From Endomicrobiia bacterium (GTDB taxonomy: Bacteria; Elusimicrobiota; Endomicrobiia; DTEH01), in the NCBI GenBank assembly GCA_039630545.1, contig JBCNUU010000003.1, positions 173,512 to 237,511 on the forward strand: a stretch of 64,000 nucleotides of DNA, read 5' to 3'. The position numbers and the translations under genes are program-made. Positions 52,522-61,012 of this stretch are shown here, piece after piece (position 1 is the stretch's first letter; the number at the start of each line of letters is the position of its first letter). The notes under the pieces were generated by a model. That model saw nothing but the letters and a program-made list of their open reading frames with translations, made no database searches and had not been told where the DNA came from.

Positions 52522-53766
52522 ATGAGCAAAATTGAAGTTATAACTTTAAAATGTACAGGTTGTAGCCTTTGTATTAAATCCTGTCCCTACAATGCAATTT
52601 CTATAATTGATTCAGAACATCTTTTAGAATCCGGCAAAACCGTAAAAAAACTTGCTGTTATTGACTTAACTAAATGTACATATTGTGGTGCATGTGTTGA
52701 AACATGTAAATATAAAGCAATAGTTTTACAAAAAGAAGAAGCCAAAGAAACAACGGTAGATTTTAAAGATTACAAAAACATATGGGTTTATGCAGAACAA
52801 AGAAGAGGAGAGATAGCACCGGTAGTGTTTGAACTTATTGCAAAAGCAAAAGAGTTAGCTGAAAAGCTAAATTGTAAAGTTTGTAGTGTACTTTTAGGTT
52901 ACAAAATTAAAGATCTATCAAAAGAGTTAATTTATTATGGAAGCGATATTGTCTATGTGATAGATGATCCAGTGTTACAGGAATTTTTAGATGAACCATA
53001 CGCTGAAGCTCTTTCTTTGCTTATAAAAGAAGAAAAGCCAGAAATAATTCTTATGGGAGCTACAAACATAGGTAGATCATTTGCAAGCCGTGTAGCTGCT
53101 AAAATCAGGACAGGACTTACAGCTGACTGTACGGGGCTGGATGTAGATTTGGAGACAAGAAATCTTCTTCAAACGAGACCTGCTTTTGGTGGAAATATTA
53201 TGGCTACAATTTTAACTCCAAAACATAGGCCTCAAATGGCGACAGTAAGACACAAAGTGTTTAAAGCTCTTCCTAAAGATACTTCAAGGCAAGGAGAGGT
53301 AATAGAAAAACATTATGATTTTTCTAAAGTTAAGATAAGAACAAAATTTTTAGAATTTATAAAAGATACTACAGCAAAAGTTAACTTAGCAGAAGCTGAC
53401 ATAATTGTTTCAGGTGGTAGGGGTCTTGGAGGTCCTGAGGGGTTTAAACTTTTAGAAGAACTAGCAGACCTTTTAGGTGGTGCAGTAGGTGCTTCCAGAG
53501 CTGCAGTAGATGCTGGCTGGATTCCCTATTCTCATCAAGTAGGCCAGACAGGAAGAACTGTAGCACCAAAACTTTATATTGCTTGTGGAATTTCGGGACA
53601 GATTCAGCATTTAGTTGGTATGTCTTCTTCTGAAACAATAGTAGCAATAAACAAAGATCCTGAAGCTCCTATGATGAAAATAGCTACCTACAGCATAGAA
53701 GGTGATATATATGAAATAGTTCCTGAACTTATAAAAGCAATAAAAGCCTATAAAGGATTAAGTTAA
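52522..53766 (+). CDS. etfA: Electron transfer flavoprotein alpha subunit with N-terminal 2x[4Fe-4S] ferredoxin
   Basis: CTGCSLCIKSCP and CTYCGACVETC; GLTADCT, TRPAFGGN, GASRAAVDAG, QVGQTG, GISGQIQH. Confidence 0.95.
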   Translation: MSKIEVITLKCTGCSLCIKSCPYNAISIIDSEHLLESGKTVKKLAVIDLTKCTYCGACVETCKYKAIVLQKEEAKETTVDFKDYKNIWVYAEQRRGEIAPVVFELIAKAKELAEKLNCKVCSVLLGYKIKDLSKELIYYGSDIVYVIDDPVLQEFLDEPYAEALSLLIKEEKPEIILMGATNIGRSFASRVAAKIRTGLTADCTGLDVDLETRNLLQTRPAFGGNIMATILTPKHRPQMATVRHKVFKALPKDTSRQGEVIEKHYDFSKVKIRTKFLEFIKDTTAKVNLAEADIIVSGGRGLGGPEGFKLLEELADLLGGAVGASRAAVDAGWIPYSHQVGQTGRTVAPKLYIACGISGQIQHLVGMSSSETIVAINKDPEAPMMKIATYSIEGDIYEIVPELIKAIKAYKGLS

Positions 53767-53795
53767 TAATTGGAGACTTTTAAATAGGTGAATTT

Positions 53796-54950
53796 ATGAA
53801 TTTTTTGAAAGTAAAAGGCAGCAGCTATGAGATGGGCTTTCAGCAAGGAGAGTTTTTTTGTGAAGATATAAAAAGTAGTTTTAGTAGACTTGTGAGGTCA
53901 ACTGCAATAAAAACAATAAAACCTAAGTTTCTGCCTGGATTTATTTTTTCTCAGATACTTAAACGGATTTTATATAAAAAATGGAAAAAACCAATAGAAA
54001 TTCTTACCCCTGAATTCTCAGAAAGAATAAAAGGTATCTCTGAGGGTGCAAGAGTTGATATAAGAGATTTATATGTTATTCAGAGTATAGAAGTAATGGC
54101 TGATGATATTAGTTACTTTTTAAAAGATACTAAAAATTTTGTCCCTTCAGGATGTTCCTCTATATGTATTATGCCACATTTGTTTAAGGGAAATGAGATT
54201 ATTCTGGCTAAAAATTTTGACTACTTAAGTGAATTTTTAAATGATCAGGTTGTAAGAATAAGTCAGCCAAAAAAGGGATATAAAAGTATAGAAATAACAT
54301 ATAAACAAATCGCAGGTTGTCATGACGGAATGAATGAAAAAGGTCTTGTTGTACTTTACAACTATGGGTTAACAATTGAAAAAATTCAAATAAGAATTCC
54401 TATTACTATCTTAGTTCAGCAAATTCTTGAAAGATGTGCAACCGTGGATGAAGCTGTTATGTTTATTAAATCATTTAGATATCCAAACGGTGCAATACTT
54501 ACTTTAGCTGATGCTTACAACCAGGCTGTTTGTATAGAGTTGACTCCAGAACATATTGGTTTAAGGAAACCACAAAATGGTGTATTAGTTGCCACCAACT
54601 TCTACTTATCCGATGAAGTTAAAAATTATGATATTCCACATAACGCATACTTTAAAAAGAAAAATCTACCACAACAGCTTCAAAACAAAAGAGTCCATCA
54701 ATCCAGTGAAGAAAGATATTATAGAATCCTCCAGTTGATAAATAAAAAAAACTATTATTCTTTAGAAGAAATTATAGACATTTTAAAAGATCACAACAAT
54801 AAACCTGAAGGTGATGACGATACTATCTGTCGCCATGGAGAACTACTTTCAACTCAAACAAGTATTATATTTTTGCCTAAAAAAAGAAAAATAAAAGTTT
54901 GCTTTGGTTTGCCATGCAAAAATGTCTATACGGAGTTTGTTTTAGATTAA
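53796..54950 (+). CDS. C45-family autoproteolytic Ntn acyltransferase/hydrolase
   Basis: GSSYEMG.QQG, E.I.GI.EGA, putative nucleophile GCSS, LAKNFDY, DGMNEKGL, ATNFY, SEERY.R, ICRH. Confidence 0.82.
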   Translation: MNFLKVKGSSYEMGFQQGEFFCEDIKSSFSRLVRSTAIKTIKPKFLPGFIFSQILKRILYKKWKKPIEILTPEFSERIKGISEGARVDIRDLYVIQSIEVMADDISYFLKDTKNFVPSGCSSICIMPHLFKGNEIILAKNFDYLSEFLNDQVVRISQPKKGYKSIEITYKQIAGCHDGMNEKGLVVLYNYGLTIEKIQIRIPITILVQQILERCATVDEAVMFIKSFRYPNGAILTLADAYNQAVCIELTPEHIGLRKPQNGVLVATNFYLSDEVKNYDIPHNAYFKKKNLPQQLQNKRVHQSSEERYYRILQLINKKNYYSLEEIIDILKDHNNKPEGDDDTICRHGELLSTQTSIIFLPKKRKIKVCFGLPCKNVYTEFVLD

Positions 54951-55036
54951 ATTTTTCTTCAGGTTGAAATTAGTTTAGATTTTTAGTAAAAATAGAATTA
55001 AAAAATTAAACTTTTAAAAATAAGGTTTAAATTTAT

Positions 55037-57079
55037 ATGATAAATTTACTAAAAATAGTAAATTTATTTGCAGCATTTTTTAATTTTTCTTTATCAGTGG
55101 CAGTAACACAGTGTAGACTTCCTTCCTTTAAGGATCTAAGAAACATAAACCTTGGAGTTTTTCTTTTAGCATTAACTTCTGCTTTGTGGTCCCTTAATAT
55201 GAGTTTGATGCTTTTTTGTAAGGAGAATATTTTAGTTGCTGAGATTTTTTCAAGACTTAACTGGATAGGTTCTTTTGTTGTAGCAAGTTATACATATTTG
55301 AGTTTGTCAATGACAAAACAGTATAAAAAAGCTGTAGTAATAGGTATTTTGCAATATATTTTTGCGCTGTTTTTTACGATTATAGCTTTTACAGAGTATG
55401 GAATAGTAAAAGTAATTTCTTGTTATCCACTTAAACGAGAATTTGGAGTTATTGCTCCTTTTTTTAGATTTTGGATAATGATATCTACAATTTATTCTGT
55501 GTGGTTAACAATAAATCATTACTTTAAGACAAAAGGTATGGAGAGATTGCAGTTTCAGTATTTTACTTTTGGCATTTTAGTATATGCTATAGTAGGTTCA
55601 GTTTTTAATTCAATCTTGCCGCTATTTGGATATGAAGGGTTAATATATCTTACTCCTTTCTTTTCTATCATATGGGTGCTTGCTTCGTTTTATTCTATTC
55701 ATAGTTATAAGCTTTTAGATATAGAAGTGGTGTTCTGTGATGTAATAAAATTTGCTGTGTTTATATTTATTGGTGTATTTGTAAATTATATTTTAATAAA
55801 TGTTTTTATAGAATTTGCTTCTTTGAATCCTTTATGGAGTTCGACATTAAGTGTGATAATAGTAGGCACTATATATTTCGCTACACCTATAAGAGAAAGA
55901 ATCAACAACACTATAAGAAACATAGTTTTAAGAAAAAGAACATCCTATCAAAAACTTTTAGAAAACACTGCAGCAGCTGTAGTTGAAATCCTGGATTTAG
56001 ACAATTTGCTTCAGTATGTGTTAAAACAAATAAATTCTTCACTTGGAGCAACAAAAATTTGTGTATTTTTGTTAGATGAAGAAACCAAAGACGAAGAAGG
56101 TGAACCAGTTTATGCTTTAGCTGCTTCTTATGGAATTGAAGAATTTAAAGTTACTTATTTTAAACAAAAAAAGATTATTAACTGGCTTAAAAAACATAAA
56201 GAACCCTTTCTTTTGGATGTTGCGTATCATACAATGGCACCAACTGAATACAAGCAGTTAGCAGATGATGCTGCTTTATTTGGGGCAATAATTATAGTTC
56301 CTATCATTTATAAAGGTGAGCTTATCGGTATAATAACTCTAGATCAGAAAAAAACAGATGGCACCATATTTGATATAGAAGATATAGAAATACTTAAAAC
56401 ACTTTCAGAGCAATTAGCGGTTGCTATACAAAATAGTAAAATTTATAAAGAGTTAAACACAGCTTATTTGCAGATTACCAGAGCTTTATCTTTAACTTTA
56501 GAATCAAAAGATGAGTATTTAATAGGACATTCGGATAATGTTACAAAATATGCTGTTCTTCTTGCTAAAAAATTAGGATTAAGTGAAAGAGACATATATA
56601 TTTTAGCACAAGCTTCTGTATTACATGATTTAGGAAAAGTTGGTATCCATGACTATATATTAAGTAAACCTGGAAAACTCACAAAGGAAGAATGGGAAGA
56701 GATGAAACAACATCCAATAAAAGGAGCAAAAATTCTTCAAGCTCTTCCGTTTTTAAACGATGTAGCGCGTATTATTCTTTATCATCACGAACACTACGAT
56801 GGTACCGGCTATCCAGAAGGACTTAAAGGAGAACAGATCCCTCTTCTTTCAAGAATACTTACTTTAGCAGATTCTGTAGACGCTATGTTGTCTGAGCGTC
56901 CTTATAAAGAAAGAAAAATGACAGTAGATGAAATGTTAACCGAAATAATTTCTCAGAAAGGCAAACACTTTGATCCATTCCTTGTAGATAAATTTGTTGA
57001 ATTGATAAAAGAATATCCTGAAATATTTAAACCTTCAAATCAAAAAAAGTCTGATGAAAGATCTGGAAATAATAACTGA
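55037..57079 (+). CDS. Membrane sensor HD-GYP phosphodiesterase (multi-TM, GAF, HD-GYP)
   Basis: About 9 TM helices, GAF (VPI..KGELIGII.L..K...F..EDIEIL.TL.EQLAVAI), GHS..V, LHDLGKVG, HHEHYDGTGYP.GLKG. Confidence 0.92.
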   Translation: MINLLKIVNLFAAFFNFSLSVAVTQCRLPSFKDLRNINLGVFLLALTSALWSLNMSLMLFCKENILVAEIFSRLNWIGSFVVASYTYLSLSMTKQYKKAVVIGILQYIFALFFTIIAFTEYGIVKVISCYPLKREFGVIAPFFRFWIMISTIYSVWLTINHYFKTKGMERLQFQYFTFGILVYAIVGSVFNSILPLFGYEGLIYLTPFFSIIWVLASFYSIHSYKLLDIEVVFCDVIKFAVFIFIGVFVNYILINVFIEFASLNPLWSSTLSVIIVGTIYFATPIRERINNTIRNIVLRKRTSYQKLLENTAAAVVEILDLDNLLQYVLKQINSSLGATKICVFLLDEETKDEEGEPVYALAASYGIEEFKVTYFKQKKIINWLKKHKEPFLLDVAYHTMAPTEYKQLADDAALFGAIIIVPIIYKGELIGIITLDQKKTDGTIFDIEDIEILKTLSEQLAVAIQNSKIYKELNTAYLQITRALSLTLESKDEYLIGHSDNVTKYAVLLAKKLGLSERDIYILAQASVLHDLGKVGIHDYILSKPGKLTKEEWEEMKQHPIKGAKILQALPFLNDVARIILYHHEHYDGTGYPEGLKGEQIPLLSRILTLADSVDAMLSERPYKERKMTVDEMLTEIISQKGKHFDPFLVDKFVELIKEYPEIFKPSNQKKSDERSGNNN

Positions 57080-57488
57080 AAAAATTTTTTTGTCTACTGA
57101 TGGGAATATAGATATAATAAATATTACTTCTTATTTATCTGAGATAATAGCTAAAAAGCAAATTCAAGACGGCATCCTTACTGTTTTTGTCCCAGGTGCT
57201 ACAGGTGCAGTAACTACTGTGGAGTATGAAAAAGAACTAATAAAAGATACAAAAGAAATGTTTTTAGAAATTATAAAAGAAAACAAAACATATCACCATA
57301 ATTCAACACATTTTCACGGAAACGCCACATCACATTTAAGAGCCACAATCATAGGGCCTTCTTTGACTATTCCTATAACAGATGGTAAACTACATCTGGG
57401 TGTCTGGCAAGAAGTTGTATTTATTGATTTTGACAACAGGCCAAGAGATAGGGAACTTGTTGTCAAGATAATAGGAGTAAAAAAATGA
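57054..57488 (+). CDS. yjbQ: YjbQ/UPF0047 family protein
   Basis: FVPGATGAVT..EYE, Y.HN, GNA.SHLRA, L.LG.WQ.V..IDFD.RPR.R. Confidence 0.9.
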   Translation: MKDLEIITEKIFLSTDGNIDIINITSYLSEIIAKKQIQDGILTVFVPGATGAVTTVEYEKELIKDTKEMFLEIIKENKTYHHNSTHFHGNATSHLRATIIGPSLTIPITDGKLHLGVWQEVVFIDFDNRPRDRELVVKIIGVKK

Positions 57489-58810
57489 TAAACGATATTT
57501 TTGCAAAATGTTATAAATTTATAGACGCAAGACAGGCACAACTTTTAGGTATATACCCATATTTTAAACCCATATCTACTGCACAAACCTCAGAAGTAAT
57601 AATAAACGGCGAAAGAAAAATTGTTTGTTGCTCTAATAACTATTTAGGTCTTACAGTTCATCCTAAAGTTAAGCAGGCAGCTATAAAAGCTATTAAAAAA
57701 TATGGAACAAGTTGCACTGGTTCAAGGTTTCTTAGTGGGTCTTTAGATTTACACGAAGAGGTTGAAGAAAAATTTGCAAAATTTATAAACAAAGAAGCAT
57801 CTATTCTTTTTACTACAGGTCATCATGTTAATCTTGGTGTAATATCTGCCTTGGTAAACAGAGGCGAGGTTGTAATTACAGATAAGTTAGATCATGCTTC
57901 TATAATTGATGGATGTATGATAGCAGAATATTTTGGTGGTGAAATGGTGAGATTTAGACACAACAACATGGAAGATTTAGAAAGGATTCTTAAAAAATAT
58001 GAAGACAAACCGAAACTCATAGTTGTAGACGGAGTTTTTAGTATGGAAGGTGATATATGTAACCTTCCTGAGATTATAAAACTTGCAAAGCTTTATGGTG
58101 CAAGAGTTATGGTGGATGATGCCCATGCTTTAGGGGTTTTGGGTAAAAATGGATGTGGAACTGCGGAGCATTTTGGACTTGAAGCAGAAACTGATCTTAT
58201 AATGGTTACTGCCTCTAAATCGCTGGCCTCCATTGGAGGTTTTATAGCAGGAAGAGAAGAAGTAATACACTACATAAAACATCACGCAAGATCTTTAATT
58301 TTTACTGCTGCTCTTCCTCCAGCTCAGGTTGCTGCGATTTCTGCTGCTTTAGATGTAATAAAAGAAGAACCCGAAAGAAGAAAAAGACTCTGGGAGATAA
58401 CAAACAGAATGCTTAAAAGTTTCAAAGAGTTAGGTTTTAACACAAGAAATTCACAGACTCCTATAATTCCTGTACTTATAGGTGGAGGAATACAAAAAGT
58501 ATTTTCTTTCTGGAGAGCTTTATATGATGAGGGAGTTTTTACTTCACCTGTTTTGCCTCCTGCTGTTCCGGAAGGAGAAGAGTTAATAAGGACAAGTTAT
58601 ATGGCTATTCATACTGATGAGCAATTAGAATTTATTATTGAAAAATTTGCTAAAGTTGGAAGAAAATTTGGTTTGATTCCTGGAGGAGGTTTACCAAAAG
58701 GTAAGATAATTAAGTTAAAGAAGACATCCTTTCCAAGAAAATTAGCAAAAAGATTTTTTGTGGAAACTAAACGGTGGATGAAGAAGTTATTTTTAGCAAA
58801 GCAAAAATAA
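57485..58810 (+). CDS. spt: Serine palmitoyltransferase-like alpha-oxoamine synthase (PLP)
   Basis: GIYPYF N-terminus typical of bacterial SPT, SNNYLGL, GSRFL, DKLDHASIIDG, DGVFSMEGD, DDAH, TASKSLASIGG, IRTSYMA.H; adjacent to a CerS-like gene. Confidence 0.75.
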   Translation: MINDIFAKCYKFIDARQAQLLGIYPYFKPISTAQTSEVIINGERKIVCCSNNYLGLTVHPKVKQAAIKAIKKYGTSCTGSRFLSGSLDLHEEVEEKFAKFINKEASILFTTGHHVNLGVISALVNRGEVVITDKLDHASIIDGCMIAEYFGGEMVRFRHNNMEDLERILKKYEDKPKLIVVDGVFSMEGDICNLPEIIKLAKLYGARVMVDDAHALGVLGKNGCGTAEHFGLEAETDLIMVTASKSLASIGGFIAGREEVIHYIKHHARSLIFTAALPPAQVAAISAALDVIKEEPERRKRLWEITNRMLKSFKELGFNTRNSQTPIIPVLIGGGIQKVFSFWRALYDEGVFTSPVLPPAVPEGEELIRTSYMAIHTDEQLEFIIEKFAKVGRKFGLIPGGGLPKGKIIKLKKTSFPRKLAKRFFVETKRWMKKLFLAKQK

Positions 58811-58824
58811 AATGTATAATTTTT

Positions 58825-59952
58825 ATGAAAATAAAAACTGTAGAAAACAACAAAGATCTGTTAAAATTTATCAAATTTCAATGGGAGGTTTACAGAAACG
58901 ATCCTTACTGGGTTCCACAACTTATATCTGATTTAAAACTTTTATTTGATGAAAAGAAAAATTATTTCTGGGAACATGCAGAAAAAAAGTTATTTTTTTT
59001 AGAAGACAATACTGGAAAAATTTTAGCAAGAGCAGCCGGTATAATAGATTACAACTTTATAAAATTCCACAACGAGAACACAGGTTTTTTTGCTTTTTTT
59101 GATTGTTTGAATTTAGAAAACTCAAAAGAAATATCATCCGCTATTTTGTCTGCTGTGGAAGAATGGCTTAAAAAGAAAGGAATGACTAAAATGTTAGGTC
59201 CAACAGCACCCTCTACAAACGATGAGATGGGACTTTTATATGAAGGATACGGAGTTGAGCCGGTACTTATGATGCCATATAATCCTTCCTACTATCACGA
59301 TTTATTGTTAAACTATGGATTTAAAAAGGCAAAAGATCTTTATGCCTACAAAATTACAAAAGAGACATTAGAAAAACAAAGAATTGAAAAATTAATAGAA
59401 GCAATTAAAAGAAAACAACCTTCTTTAGTTGTAAGACCCGTTAATCTTAAAAATTTTAAGCAAGAAATTGCCTATGCTGTTGAAGTTTACAATGCTGCAT
59501 GGGAGAAAAACTGGGGGTTCGTTCCATGGACTCAAAAAGAATTTATTTCGCAAGCTTTGAGGTTAAAACCACTTCTTAAGCCAGAATTTGTTTTACTTGC
59601 TTTTATAAAAGAAGAACCTGTAGGAATTATGATCACTGTTCCTAATTATAATGAAGTATTAAAAAAGCTAAATGGAAAACTGGGACCTTTTGAATTATTG
59701 AAATTTCTTTATTATAAAAATAAAATTAAATCTCTAAGAATAATGGTAATGGGAGTAAAAAAGGAATATAGAAACAAAGGAATAGAAGTCTTGATGTATT
59801 ACCATACGATGCTTGAGGGTTTAAAACAGGGTTATGAATGGGCAGAGCTTTCTTGGATACTTGAAGACAACCATATGATGATAAAAGCTGCTGAAGCGCT
59901 GGGAGGAATTCTTTATAAAAAATATAGAGTTTATGAGAAGATAATATGTTAA
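58825..59952 (+). CDS. cerS: Bacterial ceramide synthase-like tandem GNAT (YghO family); start taken at ATG 58825
   Basis: FIKFQWEVY.NDPYWVP.L, F.EHA, G.F.FF, WL...GM..M.GP...STNDE.GLL, MPYNP.YY, YN.AWE.NWGFVP, ELSWILEDN, KKYRVYEK. Confidence 0.75.
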   Translation: MKIKTVENNKDLLKFIKFQWEVYRNDPYWVPQLISDLKLLFDEKKNYFWEHAEKKLFFLEDNTGKILARAAGIIDYNFIKFHNENTGFFAFFDCLNLENSKEISSAILSAVEEWLKKKGMTKMLGPTAPSTNDEMGLLYEGYGVEPVLMMPYNPSYYHDLLLNYGFKKAKDLYAYKITKETLEKQRIEKLIEAIKRKQPSLVVRPVNLKNFKQEIAYAVEVYNAAWEKNWGFVPWTQKEFISQALRLKPLLKPEFVLLAFIKEEPVGIMITVPNYNEVLKKLNGKLGPFELLKFLYYKNKIKSLRIMVMGVKKEYRNKGIEVLMYYHTMLEGLKQGYEWAELSWILEDNHMMIKAAEALGGILYKKYRVYEKIIC

Positions 59953-59975
59953 TTTTATTTAAGGAGTCTTTAGGT

Positions 59976-60974
59976 ATGGACAAAACAATTCGTGAACTTC
60001 ATGAAAAAATTCAAAGAGAATCGGTTTTTATTCAGGATCTAAAAAATGAAATTCATAAGATAATAATTGGTCAAGATTATGTAATAGATAGGGTGTTAGT
60101 TGGACTTTTAGCAAACGGGCACATTTTGATAGAAGGCGTTCCTGGGCTTGCTAAGACACTTCTTATTAAAACACTTTCAAAATGTATTCAAACAAAATTT
60201 CAAAGGATTCAATTTACTCCTGATCTTCTTCCAGCAGATATTATTGGCACACTTGTTTATAATCCGCAGACAACCCAGTTTGTTGTTAAGAAAGGTCCAA
60301 TTTTTGCGAATATAATTTTAGCAGATGAGATAAACAGAGCACCTGCAAAAACCCAGGCGGCTTTGCTTGAAGCCATGCAAGAAAAACAGGTAACCATAGG
60401 AGAGCAAACTTACAGACTTGAGGAACCATTTTTAGTTTTAGCAACTCAAAATCCAATAGAACAGGAAGGCACATATCCTCTGCCAGAAGCCCAGGTTGAT
60501 AGATTTATGCTCAAAATAAAAATTGGTTATCCTCAAAAAGATGAAGAAAAAGAAATTTTAGAGTTATCTTCCCAGATTCTGGAAGAAAGGTTTTCAAACA
60601 TTAAAGCAATAGTTTCACCTGTTGAAATATTAAAAGCAAGAAGAATAATACAGGATATATATGTTGATGAAAAACTAAAAGATTATATTTTAAACATCGT
60701 GTTTTCAACAAGAGAACCCCAGAACTATAACTTAACAGATATCAAACCATTTATAATGTATGGAGCTTCACCAAGAGCTTCTATTTATCTTTTGTTAGCT
60801 TCAAAATGTTACGCGTTTTTAAATCACAGAGGCTATGTTATTCCTGATGATATCAAAGCAGTAGCCTATGATGTATTAAGACATAGAATTATTCTTACTT
60901 ATGAAGCAGAAGCAGAACAGATTACATCTGATGATATAATAAAACAAATTTTAAACACTATTGAGGTGCCATAA
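59976..60974 (+). CDS. moxR: MoxR-family AAA+ ATPase (start ATG 59976 after AAGGAG)
   Basis: IEGVPGLAKT, RIQFTPDLLPADI, LADEINRAPAK, ATQNPIEQEGTYPLPEAQ.DRF, GASPRA. Confidence 0.95.
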   Translation: MDKTIRELHEKIQRESVFIQDLKNEIHKIIIGQDYVIDRVLVGLLANGHILIEGVPGLAKTLLIKTLSKCIQTKFQRIQFTPDLLPADIIGTLVYNPQTTQFVVKKGPIFANIILADEINRAPAKTQAALLEAMQEKQVTIGEQTYRLEEPFLVLATQNPIEQEGTYPLPEAQVDRFMLKIKIGYPQKDEEKEILELSSQILEERFSNIKAIVSPVEILKARRIIQDIYVDEKLKDYILNIVFSTREPQNYNLTDIKPFIMYGASPRASIYLLLASKCYAFLNHRGYVIPDDIKAVAYDVLRHRIILTYEAEAEQITSDDIIKQILNTIEVP

Positions 60975-61012
60975 AAATTTTTTTGTTTTAAAGAAAGGAG
61001 GAAAAATAAAAA

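Noticed and set aside
57485..58810. Annotation as BioF or Kbl
   Set aside because: No bio or tdh context, while the YPYF N-terminus and adjacent CerS-like GNAT favour SPT. Not fully excluded, given the GSRFLSG variant.
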